Shown here in pieces: positions 24,055 through 34,120 of a DNA stretch of 64,000 nt (position 1 is its first letter; every line of letters starts with the position of its first letter). The notes beneath the pieces are model-generated. The model made no database searches. It was not told the DNA's origin and was given only the letters and a program-made list of their open reading frames with translations. A program made the position numbers and the translations under genes. This DNA is from an uncultured Acidobacteriota bacterium (GTDB taxonomy: Bacteria > Acidobacteriota > Thermoanaerobaculia > Multivoradales > SZUA-115). The stretch is from positions 1,120,001 to 1,184,000 of the forward strand of contig CAWDVR010000001.1 in assembly GCA_963805975.1 (NCBI GenBank), in the 5' to 3' direction.

Positions 24055-24804
24055 CTACTTGCCGACGTACTGGATTGTCGCCTGAGTCTTGCCGTCCACT
24101 TCGGCGACCGAGAGCGTGACCTGGCGCGCGGGGTCATCGTGGCTGGCAACCAGGATCTTGCCCTGGCCGGTGATATTGGTGACCTGAATCTGGAAGCCGG
24201 CGCTTTCGAGGGTGCTCCGGTAGTGCTCGTAGACCGTGTCGACACTGTCGCTGGTGGTCAACGAGAAGGAGCCTCCGGAGCCCTGGTCGGCGGTTGCAAC
24301 GTAGGTGGCCGTGACCTCGGAGCCGGGATAGACCGGGATCCAGCTCGGTAGGTCCTCCTCCGAGCCGGCGCCGGCCTGGAACACGGTCTTGCCCGTTTCG
24401 TCGGTCATGGTCAAGGCGCCGTCGGCGCCCCCTTGAGCATCGAACCTCACCTCACCCTCGTCGGTCTTGAAGGTGATCTTGCCGTCCTTGACGTCGTCGG
24501 CGTCGATGGTCAAGGTCTCGCCGGTCTTGACGTTGCGAAGCGTGATCTCGCGGCTGGTCTCGTCGGCGGAGACGAACTCGACCTCCGGATTGAGCGCCGC
24601 GTAGGTCTTGCCGGCCATCGCGACCGGGTTCTTCTCGAAGTCGTTGGCAAACTGCTTGGCCTTGCTCACCCCGTAGCCCACGACGACGGTGAGCACGATG
24701 CCGACCACCAAGACCAATCCACCGCAACCGATCAAGATCCAGGCGAGCGGCGACAGGCCTTTCTTTTTCTGCTCCGGGGCTCCCGGCGGGGAAGCTACGG
24801 TCAT
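24055..24804 (-). CDS. Single-TM membrane-anchored periplasmic hypothetical protein
   Basis: KKKGLSPLAWILIGCGG + TM; LPSWIPVYPGS and YRSTLESAGF motifs; RBS AAGGAG. Confidence 0.8.
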   Translation of the reverse strand: MTVASPPGAPEQKKKGLSPLAWILIGCGGLVLVVGIVLTVVVGYGVSKAKQFANDFEKNPVAMAGKTYAALNPEVEFVSADETSREITLRNVKTGETLTIDADDVKDGKITFKTDEGEVRFDAQGGADGALTMTDETGKTVFQAGAGSEEDLPSWIPVYPGSEVTATYVATADQGSGGSFSLTTSDSVDTVYEHYRSTLESAGFQIQVTNITGQGKILVASHDDPARQVTLSVAEVDGKTQATIQYVGK

Positions 24805-24872
24805 CGTTTTTCTCCTTGGGAGAGGTCTGTTCTAGAAGCGGTCAAGATAGCACGGAGGTCCGGGCCCGAAGC

Positions 24873-24949
24873 CGAGGGAGGGGTCTCTCGCGAGCAGCGC
24901 AGGTCGCCCGAAGGGAGCTCGAGCAGCGCAGCGAGAGATCTCTCCCTCG
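24873..24949. repeat. Structured intergenic element (REP/MITE-like)
   Basis: 19-bp imperfect inverted arms CGAGGGAGGGGTCTCTCGC / GCGAGAGATCTCTCCCTCG enclosing two copies of CGAGCAGCGCAG. Confidence 0.65.
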
Positions 24950-24965
24950 ACTCGGTGTTGCCTGC

Positions 24966-26285
24966 CTACTGGTGCCGCCGGGGCGGCTCGACGATGCCGG
25001 CCTGGGCCCGCAGCCAGGCAGAGAAGCCCGCCTCGAGCTCTTTCTCCGAGGTGCCGAGAGCCGCGAGCAGGGTGCGGCCATCACTGGCTCCGCCCGCGGC
25101 CACGGCTTGCAGGAAGGTGCGGAACGCGGGTGCAGAACGCCTGCCGGATCCCTGAGGTCCAGGTCCATCGAACCCCGATCCATCGAGCAAATAGCGGACG
25201 AGGAAGCCGCTCGCCGGGTAGAGAAGGGACCGGCTCTCCGGGTCCGCGAACTCGCTCCAGCCGAGGTCGAGGATCTCGAGCACGGGCGGCCGATCCGGTT
25301 CGGACCACCGGGCGATGAGATCCAGCAGGAGCGCTCTGGGCCCGAGGGTGGTGATCTGGAACGAGTCTCCCGCGAGCTTGCCCAAGGAGCCACCGACAGA
25401 ATTCGTGGATCGGGTGCGGCCGGCGAGAGAGCCCAGGCGCAGGCGGCCCGAGGAGTCCACCTGCGAGTAGGCGAGGTCTTCCGCCAGGCCCTCGTCGAGC
25501 CAGGGAGCGAGGTCCACCGCCAGCCCCAGCGCCCGCCGGTTGAGCAGGTGAACGAGCTCGTGGACGAGCAGGGCTTCCGCCTCGTCCCGTTCGGCGACGG
25601 CCAGGGCCGCGATGCCGTTGCCGGCGTGGCCGGACGGTTCGAGCTGCGCGAGACCGGGCTCCGCATCGGTAAAGGCGCGGTAGCTCTCGGCCCTGGCGAA
25701 CAGCAGAACCGTCTCCTCGCCCGGTTCGGGGGAAGACAGGCCATAGCGCTCGGCATAGGACGCCGGGAGGGAGCGGGCGATGGCCGCGAGCGAGTTGAGG
25801 AGCTTACCAGGCTCGACGTCGGTCAACAGTCGGTACGGGCCCAGAGTCTCGAGCCGGGCTCCGGCTCCGAGAAAGGCATTGGCGCGGGTCAGCGCTTCGC
25901 GATCGACCCAGGCGTTGGCGGAGGACCAGGCCCGGCTTTCCCCGGCGGCGGGCTTCGCCGTTCGGAGCTCCTGACTGCGCGACAGCATCCAGCCGCGCAG
26001 ATCGCCGTACGCCACCCGTACCCAGGGCGGCTGCCGCTCGACGATCGGGAGCTCGAGCGGCTCGTCGATGAACTGGATCTCGGGGGCCCGCAGGTCGGGC
26101 CGCTCGCGCAGCCGTGTGCCGGCTTCCACGGTGATCGTCTCTGCAGGGCTGCCCGAGAGATCGAAACCGGCGCGGGTGCCGAGCACGGCCTCTTCCGCGC
26201 GCGCCGCGAGCCTCGGCGGTGCGCTGGCGAGAAGCGAGACCAGCGTGGATACCAGGGCGAGGCCGGCGGCTCTCGAACCACGCAT
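24966..26285 (-). CDS. Secreted SH3-like plus gluzincin (peptidase MA-like) protein
   Basis: Signal peptide MRGSRAAGLALV..; LRERPD..WVRVAYGDLRGW (SH3b-like); HELVH and PWLDEGLAE zinc motif. Confidence 0.75.
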   Translation of the reverse strand: MRGSRAAGLALVSTLVSLLASAPPRLAARAEEAVLGTRAGFDLSGSPAETITVEAGTRLRERPDLRAPEIQFIDEPLELPIVERQPPWVRVAYGDLRGWMLSRSQELRTAKPAAGESRAWSSANAWVDREALTRANAFLGAGARLETLGPYRLLTDVEPGKLLNSLAAIARSLPASYAERYGLSSPEPGEETVLLFARAESYRAFTDAEPGLAQLEPSGHAGNGIAALAVAERDEAEALLVHELVHLLNRRALGLAVDLAPWLDEGLAEDLAYSQVDSSGRLRLGSLAGRTRSTNSVGGSLGKLAGDSFQITTLGPRALLLDLIARWSEPDRPPVLEILDLGWSEFADPESRSLLYPASGFLVRYLLDGSGFDGPGPQGSGRRSAPAFRTFLQAVAAGGASDGRTLLAALGTSEKELEAGFSAWLRAQAGIVEPPRRHQ

Positions 26286-26287
26286 CC

Positions 26288-27640
26288 CTAGCGCGCCAGC
26301 TCGATGGGCGCCCCCGGGGAGACGGCGATCTCTTGCGGCAGGTACGAGCCTCGCAGCCAGACCACGACCTGGCGGTCGAGCATCTTGAACAGATCCTGAA
26401 CCGCGGTGTCGAGCTTGCCGGCGCTCGAGATATCGGTGACCTCGCCCCAAGGCCCGCGGGAGGCGCCACGGCGCGGATCGAGAGCCCAGACGCGGAAAGG
26501 CACCTGGAGAGTCTCCAGGTAGCGCCGCGACTCGGACGCCGGCACCTGGCTCTCGTCCGCCGGGTCCCGGCCGAGAACCAGCACCACGGCTCGGCGCCGG
26601 CCGGTGCCCGCCGCCGACATGCCGGCCACGGCCACGGCATCGGCTAGGCGCTGCGGCGTCTTGAAGGCGCGCTGGGGGCGAGCCCGCGCCAGCAGCCAGA
26701 AGACCCCCGCGTCGCGCGAGCTGAAGTCGGGCGAGGAAGGGAAGAGCGCGTAGCTGAGGCTGGTGCCCTTCTGAGCCTCGGCAAACGGGGTGAGGAATCG
26801 CAGGCGTTGGTCGGGGCGCAGGGGCATGGCGCTGCGGGCCACCTGGGCGCTCTCGGAGAGAGCGGCATTCCCGCCGGAGACGCTGCTCAGGTTGCCGAGG
26901 ATGCCGCGCATGGTGTGCGCCAGATCGCGCTGCAAGCCGTCGAAGGCCTCGAGAGAACCCTCGTCGCGGACCACCACGATCTCTGCCCGGCCGCGCTCGA
27001 TGGCCGCGATCTCCACGGGTTTGCCATTCTCGATCAGCCAGCCCTGCATGGCCTCGACCGTGGGCAGGGCGGTGCCGCGCGTGAGGAGCATAGGAAGGGC
27101 GGTGAGCTCGGCGGTCACCTCCTCGGCATAGGTGCCGCCGAACACGCGCTCGACGACCGTGCTCACCGCTTCGGAGAACTCGAGCTCGACGCGGAGATAG
27201 TGCAGGCGGTCGGGATCGAGGGGCGGCAGCTCGATCGAGTGGGGATCGCCCACCGCGAGCGGCCGGCCGTCCACGAAGGCGCGGACAGAGCGGGGCGCGG
27301 ACCCCACCAGGCTCTCCCAGGCGAGCCGCGCCCGCGCCGGCGTCCCGGAGCGCTCTCCTTCGAGGACGACACCGACCTCGGCCTCGGCCCGCGGGATATT
27401 GAGGAACTGGCGGACCTCGGCCAGCGGGTTGCCATCCTGGCCGAAGGCGATGGCCACCAGCTTGCGTGGCCGGAGCTCGGAGCCGAAGTCGTACGGGAGG
27501 CTCCAGGCGGGAGGCCGGAGCAGGCCGATGCGCTCTCCGTCGAGCCGCAGCTCCACGTGAGCGACCGCCGGGTCGACGGCTACCTCGATGGTCTGGTAGC
27601 CGAGCACCAGCCCGATGAAGAGAGATACGAAGCTGACCAA
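26288..27640 (-). CDS. Hypothetical protein (Ig-like N-terminus, VWA-like C-terminus)
   Basis: TTG start after GGGAGG; VAHVELRLDGE Ig-like segment; RLADAVAVAG..RRRAVVLVL VWA-like segment. Confidence 0.7.
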   Translation of the reverse strand: MVSFVSLFIGLVLGYQTIEVAVDPAVAHVELRLDGERIGLLRPPAWSLPYDFGSELRPRKLVAIAFGQDGNPLAEVRQFLNIPRAEAEVGVVLEGERSGTPARARLAWESLVGSAPRSVRAFVDGRPLAVGDPHSIELPPLDPDRLHYLRVELEFSEAVSTVVERVFGGTYAEEVTAELTALPMLLTRGTALPTVEAMQGWLIENGKPVEIAAIERGRAEIVVVRDEGSLEAFDGLQRDLAHTMRGILGNLSSVSGGNAALSESAQVARSAMPLRPDQRLRFLTPFAEAQKGTSLSYALFPSSPDFSSRDAGVFWLLARARPQRAFKTPQRLADAVAVAGMSAAGTGRRRAVVLVLGRDPADESQVPASESRRYLETLQVPFRVWALDPRRGASRGPWGEVTDISSAGKLDTAVQDLFKMLDRQVVVWLRGSYLPQEIAVSPGAPIELAR

Positions 27641-27706
27641 TCGCGCCTCCCGAGAGCTAGGTTACCAGGTCTCGGGAGACGCAACGCAGCAAGTTTCCTG
27701 CCGGGC

Positions 27707-29032
27707 TCAGTCGGTGGTGGCGAGGCCTTGGCTGAGCCCGCGATCCCGGCCCGCAGCGACGAAGCGCTGCACGGAGATCCCCTGCTCTTCTCCCAGGTAG
27801 CCCTCCCAGGCACCGGCGAAGTGGCCCTCGCCATTGCCGGTCACGGAGCACTGGAACTGCGCGCCCACCTGACGGTTGCTGAGCTTCACCTCGGCACCGG
27901 TGGCGGCGCCGTCGGCATCGAGCTCGCGAGCGAAGAAACCGATGGGGAAGATCGAGTCGCTGTGATCGAGCCAGACCGCGAGGTAGCCGCCGTCGGGCGT
28001 CGAAGCGAGCGCCGGCGCGATCTGCGCGTTGCCGCCCTGCTCGCCGGTCGAGATCTGCGTCTCGCCGCCCGCCAGGCCGCCCTCGCGGTCGACGAGCTGA
28101 GCGTAGATCCGAGAATCCCACACCGTCTCGAAGCGGCCCTGGAAGGCGACCAGGAAGCGGTTGTCGGTGCCCGCGGCCACGGCCGGGCGCCGCTGCGCGC
28201 CGGCCGCCGTGGTGTTGACCCGGAACGAGGGCGCCAGCGGCTGGCCGTTGGCATCGAGCAGCCGGGCGACCACGGTCTTGTCGCCGTCGGTGCAACAGTC
28301 CTCCCAGGCCACCAGGTAGCGGCCCTCGGAGTTGGCGGCGAGCGCCGCGCGGACGGCGGTAGCTCCCGCGAGGTCGTTCAGGCGGACGGCGGCGCCCAGG
28401 GGGTTGGCGGCCACGTCGAAGCGGCGGGCGAAGATGCCGGAGCGCGACGAGAGCGCGTCCTCGCCGTGCTTCGCCTGCCAGGCGACGAGCACCTGGCGCC
28501 GGCTGCGGGTCAGGGCCGGCCGGTCGTGCAGCGCCCCGCTGTCGGTCGAGACGGCGAACCGCGCGCCCACGGGCTGGGCGTTCTCGTCGAAGCGCTGGCC
28601 CACGATCTGGCGCTGCTGCACTTCCCGCCACTCCTGGAAGGCATCGAGGTGGAGGATCGCTTTCTCCTCGGCCCACACCAGCATGAAGCCGCCACCCGGC
28701 AGCGCCACGGCCGCCGGCTGCGAGTGGTAGGTCACGGGGCCGACGGCGGGGAGCGTGGGCAGGCGCTGATTGCCGATCAGGGTGCGCTCGGGGCCCTGGG
28801 CGACGCCGGCGGTGGAGAAGCGGCGCGCCCGCAGGCCGAGCTGATCGTTTTCCCAAATGGCGGTGATACTGCCGTCATTGTGGAAGACGGAGAGCGGTTG
28901 CCGTTGTTTGAAGGATTCGTCGGAGTTGCCGCGCAGCTCGGTGCCGAGCGGCTGGATCTCGGCTAATGCGGCGGGGGCGAGGGCGAGGGCAAAGCAAACG
29001 GAGCTCAGGATCCGGCGGCTGCAAGGTCTCAT
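27707..29032 (-). CDS. Secreted repeat (probable beta-propeller) protein
   Basis: Signal peptide; about 7 repeats of F.VAW..I.ARRFD..G.P.G..F.V; RBS AGGAGGAG. Confidence 0.8.
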   Translation of the reverse strand: MRPCSRRILSSVCFALALAPAALAEIQPLGTELRGNSDESFKQRQPLSVFHNDGSITAIWENDQLGLRARRFSTAGVAQGPERTLIGNQRLPTLPAVGPVTYHSQPAAVALPGGGFMLVWAEEKAILHLDAFQEWREVQQRQIVGQRFDENAQPVGARFAVSTDSGALHDRPALTRSRRQVLVAWQAKHGEDALSSRSGIFARRFDVAANPLGAAVRLNDLAGATAVRAALAANSEGRYLVAWEDCCTDGDKTVVARLLDANGQPLAPSFRVNTTAAGAQRRPAVAAGTDNRFLVAFQGRFETVWDSRIYAQLVDREGGLAGGETQISTGEQGGNAQIAPALASTPDGGYLAVWLDHSDSIFPIGFFARELDADGAATGAEVKLSNRQVGAQFQCSVTGNGEGHFAGAWEGYLGEEQGISVQRFVAAGRDRGLSQGLATTD

Positions 29033-29105
29033 GACAGTCTCCTCCTAGGACGTCCGGGAAGTGTATGGCGCTCTGACATGAAAGGCAAGGTTGGCAGCGG
29101 ATGTC

Positions 29106-29134
29106 TTGAGCATCTCGGGCACGAGCGCTAAAAT
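29106..29134 (+). promoter_or_regulatory. Candidate sigma70-type promoter for htpG
   Basis: TTGAGC-N17-TAAAAT. Confidence 0.5.
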
Positions 29135-29251
29135 TCGCCCACCCGTGGCGCCCGGCAGGGCGAGCCGCGGGTTCCCAAACCGAAGAGACGCCTCGCCGAG
29201 GCCTGCCTGCCCGGTGACCGAGGCGTTTGCGACACAGCGAGGAGCCGATCT

Positions 29252-31195
29252 ATGTCCACCGTCGAGACCCATCCCTTCCAGGCCGAGACGCGCAAGCTCC
29301 TCGACCTGATGATCCATTCGCTCTACACCAACAAGGAGATCTTCCTGCGGGAGCTGATCTCGAACGCTTCGGACGCGCTCGACCGCCGGCGCTTCGAGGC
29401 CCTGACCCGGCCCGAGCTCCTGGCCGACACCGATCGCCTCGAGGTCCGCATCGAGGCCGACGCGGAGGCGCGCACCCTCACCCTCCACGACAACGGCATC
29501 GGCATGAGCCGCCAGGAGGTGATCGACAACATCGGCACCATCGCCAAGTCGGGCACCCGGGAGCTGATGGACCGCCTGCGGCAGGCGGACAGCAAGGAAG
29601 GCACTGCCGAGCTGATCGGCCAGTTCGGGGTCGGCTTCTACTCCTGCTTCATGGTGGCCGATCACGTCACCCTTCTCACCCGGCGGGCCGGCGAGGAGGG
29701 CGCCACGCTCTGGCGCTCCGCCGGAGACGGCACCTTCACCATCACCGAGGCCGAGAAGGCCACGGCGGGCACCTCGATCACGCTCCGCCTCAAGGAGGTC
29801 AACAAGGAAGACGGCGTCGACGACTTCACGGACGAGTGGGTGATCTCGCGCGTCGTCAAGCGGTACTCGGACTTCGTCGCCTATCCCATCGTGGTCAAGG
29901 TGCGGCGCGAGAAGCCGCTCGAAGGTGCCACCGGGGAATCCGGCGAGAGCCCGACCGAGACCGTGCTCGAGGACAAGACGCTCAACTCCATGAAGCCGCT
30001 CTGGACCCGGCCGCAGTCCGAGGTCAGCCAGACCGAGCTCAACCAGTTCTACAAGCACATCTCGCACGACTGGACCGACCCGCTGCGCTCCCTCTGGCTC
30101 AAGGCGGAGGGGCGTTTCGAGTACCAGGCGCTGCTCTTCGTGCCGGCCAAGGCACCCTACGACCTCTTCTACCTCGCCTCCCGCCCGGGCTTGCAGCTCT
30201 ACGTCAAGAAGGTGCTGATCATGGAGAGCTGCGAGGATCTGATGCCGCGTTACCTGCGTTTCATGCGCGGCGTGGTGGACGCGCCGGACCTGCCGCTCAA
30301 CGTGTCGCGCGAGATGCTGCAGCAAGACCGCCACATCCTCCAGATGCGCCGCTGGCTGACCCGCAAGATCCTCGAGAGCCTGCGGGACATGCAGCAGAAC
30401 GAGCCCGAAAAGTACCTGGAGCTGTGGGGCGAGTTCGGCCGGGCGATCAAGGAGGGCGTCGCCGAGGACTTCGACAACCGCGACCGTCTGCTCGAGCTGC
30501 TGCAGTTCCAGTCCTCGAACGACCCGCAGAAGCTCACCACCTTCAAGGACTACGTGGGCCGGATGAAGGAGGAGCAGAAGGAGATCTTCTACCTGACCGG
30601 CGAGTCGCGGGTGCAGGTCGAGAGCTCGCCCCACCTCGAGGCCTTCCACCAGAAGGGCTACGAGGTGCTCTATCTCGTGGATCCGGTGGACGAGCTGCTC
30701 ATGCAGTCGCTGCCCGAGGTCGAGGGCAAGCGCTTGAAGTCAGTGGGCAAGGGCACCGTCGAGCTGGGCACGGCCGAGGAGCGCGAGAAGGCGTCCGAGG
30801 ATCTGAAGGCCAAGGAAGCGAAGCTCGGCTCGCTGCTCGAGGCCATGCAGAAGAAGCTCGACCCGCACGTCAAGCAGGTGCGCCTCTCCAACCGGCTGAC
30901 CTCCTCGCCGGTCTGCCTGGTGGGAGCCGAGCACGACTACAGCCCGCAGCTCGAGCGCCTGCTGCAGAAGGGCAAGGGCGGTGGCCCGGCCCAGCGGCGG
31001 ATCATGGAGGTCAACCCTGATCATCCGGTGCTTGCCAAGCTGGGCGAACGCTTCGAGCGCGACCCGGAGGACGGGCTGGTGGGCGACTATGCCGAGCTGC
31101 TGCTGGGCTACGGCCTCCTCGCCGAGGGAGCCGAGCTGCCCGACCCGGCCCGCTTCAACCGGCTGGTGGCGGAGCTGATGGCGCGGTCGGCGTAG
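29252..31195 (+). CDS. htpG: Molecular chaperone HtpG (Hsp90)
   Basis: YTNKEIFLRELISNASDALD, DNGIGM, IGQFGVGFYS, DLPLNVSRE. Confidence 0.97.
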   Translation: MSTVETHPFQAETRKLLDLMIHSLYTNKEIFLRELISNASDALDRRRFEALTRPELLADTDRLEVRIEADAEARTLTLHDNGIGMSRQEVIDNIGTIAKSGTRELMDRLRQADSKEGTAELIGQFGVGFYSCFMVADHVTLLTRRAGEEGATLWRSAGDGTFTITEAEKATAGTSITLRLKEVNKEDGVDDFTDEWVISRVVKRYSDFVAYPIVVKVRREKPLEGATGESGESPTETVLEDKTLNSMKPLWTRPQSEVSQTELNQFYKHISHDWTDPLRSLWLKAEGRFEYQALLFVPAKAPYDLFYLASRPGLQLYVKKVLIMESCEDLMPRYLRFMRGVVDAPDLPLNVSREMLQQDRHILQMRRWLTRKILESLRDMQQNEPEKYLELWGEFGRAIKEGVAEDFDNRDRLLELLQFQSSNDPQKLTTFKDYVGRMKEEQKEIFYLTGESRVQVESSPHLEAFHQKGYEVLYLVDPVDELLMQSLPEVEGKRLKSVGKGTVELGTAEEREKASEDLKAKEAKLGSLLEAMQKKLDPHVKQVRLSNRLTSSPVCLVGAEHDYSPQLERLLQKGKGGGPAQRRIMEVNPDHPVLAKLGERFERDPEDGLVGDYAELLLGYGLLAEGAELPDPARFNRLVAELMARSA

Positions 31196-31198
31196 GAG

Positions 31199-31272
31199 CC
31201 CCTCACCCTAGCCCTCTCCCCGCAAGCGGGGCGAGGGGACCGGAATCGTAGGGGCGACCGGCGGTCGCCCCT
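31199..31272. repeat. Two abutting REP-type palindromes between convergent genes
   Basis: CCCCTCACCCTAGCCCTCTCCCCGCAAGCGGGGCGAGGGG, then GTAG-type GTAGGGGCGACCGGCGGTCGCCCCT (31248-31272). Confidence 0.75.
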
Positions 31273-33032
31273 CACACGGGCGCCAGGCGGAAGCGGTAGG
31301 GCTCCGCCTGGCCCGGTCTGGCAGGCAGGATGATCTTCAGGACATAGAGATTGAAGTTCTCCTCGGTCCACCACATCGGATGGCGGGCCGAAGGTTTCTC
31401 GAGCACGACCTCGAAAGAGGCGAAACCGGTCGGGGCCAGCGTGGTCTCGCCCAGGGTGCCGCCCCGGACCTCGATCGCGCTCGGGCCGCCGGCGGCAAAG
31501 GTGAGATCGATCTTGCCGAGCGGGCGCTCGCGGCCGATCACGAGCTCGGCGGTGGTGCCTGGCGGAGCCAGGAGCCAGCTCCCTTTCTCTTCCGCGCGAA
31601 CCCCCGGGGTGAGGATCTTGATCCAGATGCCGCTCTGGATCACGTCCTCCTGCCCGGCCGGCTTGAGCTGCTCCTGGGTGGTCTCGTGGGGCAGCAGCCG
31701 CCGGGCGAGCGGGGTGACGTAGCGAAAGCCCCCTTCGGGTGCCAGCGGATAGGCGCGAGGCGCGGTCCACAGCGTCCACAGGAAGGGCGCGGCGCAGGCG
31801 GTGGCAGCCAGCGGCAGCACCACGCTCGTGGGCCGCGCCGCCAGGAACCAGAGGGCGGGGTACACAGGCAGGAAGTAGCGGTTGGCGATGGCCGCGCCGC
31901 CGCCGTAGAAGTTCATCGGCCGTACGAAGAAAAAGCCGGCCATGGCGAGCGCCACGGCCAACAGCAGGGCCCAGCGGCCGTTCTCCGGCCGGTAGGCGGC
32001 GAGGCCCAGGAGCAGCGGCAGAAAATAGGGCAGCACGCCGACATTCCTGCCGAGTAGGAAATAGAGAGAGTTCCAGGCCGTGAGGCGGGGCTCGAAGTCG
32101 TAGGGCAGGAGCTTCTCCCGCGCCACCCAGGAGCCGTTGCCGCGCTTGGTCACCTGGGCGCTCCAATCGTCACCCGCCAGGTCGACCCGTGGAAAACCCG
32201 TATAGGAGTAGAAGCCCAACCGCTCGCCGCCGTAGCTGGTGAAGGTGCCGTGGACTGCGGCGGAGAGCAGCACGGCCAAGAGCGCCACCGCCACGCCGCC
32301 TCCCAGGCAGGCGAGGATGCCGGCGCCGCGGCGGCGCGCCGGCACAGCCAGGAGCGCCGGCAGGAAGAGGGCGAGGTAGAAAGGCCGCGAGGCGCCGACC
32401 ACGGCGAGACAGGCACCCACCGCGATCCAGCGCAGGGCGTAGCTCCGGAGCGCCTCGGTGGTCTCGTCCTCGAAGATCTGGCGCAGCCTCTCGGGGCGGG
32501 TCTGGCGGCCGGCGTAGGCAAGGGCCAGGCCGATCGCAGTGAGCGACATCAGGAACAGATCGGCGTGAGCCCAGGTGACGTAGGCAAAGGTCACCGAGCC
32601 GAAGAGAAAAGCCGCCACCCAGAGCGGTGCCGCGTCGCCGATCGCCTGGCGCAGAGTGCGCGCCGCGAGCATCGCGGCGACGGCGAGCAGCAGGGCGTTG
32701 GCCACCGAGGCGCCGCGCGTGGGCGAGGCGCGCACGAAGGGCGCGATGGCCAGCGAGTAGAAGATCGGCTTGCCGTAGGTCAGGGATTGGCCGTGGTCGC
32801 TGCTCTGCAGGATGAGGCCCTCGGGCTTCATCCCCCAGTGGGCGACGAAGCGGTCGTAGTCGGCCCTCTCGTAGGTGAGGTCGAGGTCGAAGGCCAGGCT
32901 CTCGGCCTGCATCAGATAGGTGGCCTCGTCGCCGACCAGCGTCGGCCACTGCCGGCGGTCGTAGGTCGCGGCCCCGACCAGCGCCGCGGTCAACAGCAGG
33001 CCGAGGACCGCCCAGCTCGAAACGAGTTTCAT
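31272..33032 (-). CDS. Polytopic membrane protein, probable GT-C-fold glycosyltransferase
   Basis: GDEATY after first TM, many TMs, GGG..IANRYFLP motif, periplasmic C-terminal domain. Confidence 0.65.
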   Translation of the reverse strand: MKLVSSWAVLGLLLTAALVGAATYDRRQWPTLVGDEATYLMQAESLAFDLDLTYERADYDRFVAHWGMKPEGLILQSSDHGQSLTYGKPIFYSLAIAPFVRASPTRGASVANALLLAVAAMLAARTLRQAIGDAAPLWVAAFLFGSVTFAYVTWAHADLFLMSLTAIGLALAYAGRQTRPERLRQIFEDETTEALRSYALRWIAVGACLAVVGASRPFYLALFLPALLAVPARRRGAGILACLGGGVAVALLAVLLSAAVHGTFTSYGGERLGFYSYTGFPRVDLAGDDWSAQVTKRGNGSWVAREKLLPYDFEPRLTAWNSLYFLLGRNVGVLPYFLPLLLGLAAYRPENGRWALLLAVALAMAGFFFVRPMNFYGGGAAIANRYFLPVYPALWFLAARPTSVVLPLAATACAAPFLWTLWTAPRAYPLAPEGGFRYVTPLARRLLPHETTQEQLKPAGQEDVIQSGIWIKILTPGVRAEEKGSWLLAPPGTTAELVIGRERPLGKIDLTFAAGGPSAIEVRGGTLGETTLAPTGFASFEVVLEKPSARHPMWWTEENFNLYVLKIILPARPGQAEPYRFRLAPV

Positions 33033-33101
33033 TTCCGGGATTGTAGCCCGCCTCCGCGGACGTCATGGCCCGTGCGTACGATCCTTGCTACAAAGGCCTC
33101 C

Positions 33102-34043
33102 ATGCGCTCGCTCCTGCTCTTCCTCGCCTTGCTGTTCACGCTGCAATCCGCCCTCGTCGCCGCACCGGGGCTCTCCGGCTTCGTGGTCTGGGAGTCGAAC
33201 CGCACCGGCGAGTGGCGGATCTGGACCCAGCGCCTGGATGGCACAGGCCTGCGTCAGCTCACGCCAGACGAGCCAGGACGGCAGCACTGCTGTGCCCACA
33301 TCTCGCCGGACGGCCAGCGGCTCGTGTACCTCGCGCGGGTGGGGGGGCGCGACGCCTACCTGGCCGAGGAGGTGGCCGGAGAGCTGCGCCTCCTGGAACA
33401 CACCGGCGGCCAGCAGCGGGTGGTGGCTCCGCGGGCGCGGACCTATGGCTGGGGCAACCGCAGCGCGGTATGGAGAAGCGACAGCGAGCTGATCCACGTG
33501 GGAGGCGACGGCCGTACGTTCCTGCTCCCGCTCGCCGGTGGGGCCTCACGACCGCTGACCGACGAGCCGCGCCACGAGCTGGGGTGGCTGATCGACGCCA
33601 CCCTTTCGCATGCCACGAACGCGGCACCGAGCTTCGCGCCCTACGACCGCGCGGCGCGCGCGGTGCGCCCCGTGCCCGAGATGCGGGGCTGCGAGCCCTA
33701 CTTCACGGCCGACGGCGAGTGGGGCTACTGGGTGCATCGCGGCGGCGGGCCGCTGCGCCGCATGCGCCTTTCGGACCGCGAGCCCGTCAACTGGATCGAG
33801 CGCGAGGACCCGCGCCTGCCGGCCGACCAGCGGTACATCTACTTTCCGATGCTGTCGCGCGACCGGCGGGCCCTGGCCTACGGCGCCTCGCGCTCGCGGC
33901 GCGACCACGACCACTTCCGCTCGGACTACGACATCTTCTGGCTGCCGGTCGATCCCCAGACCTTCGAGCTGCGGGGTCCGCCGGTGCGGGTGACGAAGCA
34001 CCCGGCGTCGGACCGCTACCCGGACATCTATCTGCATCCTTGA
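33102..34043 (+). CDS. Secreted TolB/PD40-like beta-propeller protein
   Basis: Signal peptide MRSLLLFLALL; WESNRTGEWRIW, HISPDGQRLVY, RVTKHPASDRYPDI. Confidence 0.8.
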   Translation: MRSLLLFLALLFTLQSALVAAPGLSGFVVWESNRTGEWRIWTQRLDGTGLRQLTPDEPGRQHCCAHISPDGQRLVYLARVGGRDAYLAEEVAGELRLLEHTGGQQRVVAPRARTYGWGNRSAVWRSDSELIHVGGDGRTFLLPLAGGASRPLTDEPRHELGWLIDATLSHATNAAPSFAPYDRAARAVRPVPEMRGCEPYFTADGEWGYWVHRGGGPLRRMRLSDREPVNWIEREDPRLPADQRYIYFPMLSRDRRALAYGASRSRRDHDHFRSDYDIFWLPVDPQTFELRGPPVRVTKHPASDRYPDIYLHP

Positions 34044-34120
34044 GTCTCGATCCCTGGGCGCGCGGGCCGCTCGGGTATGATCCGCGCGCTCCGCCGGCAA
34101 CGCGGCAGAGGTTCCCTCGC

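Noticed and set aside
29045-30649. 534-aa ORF antisense to htpG (similarly 59231-61180, 61177-63981, 55856-58450)
   Set aside because: Antisense shadows of well-supported genes.
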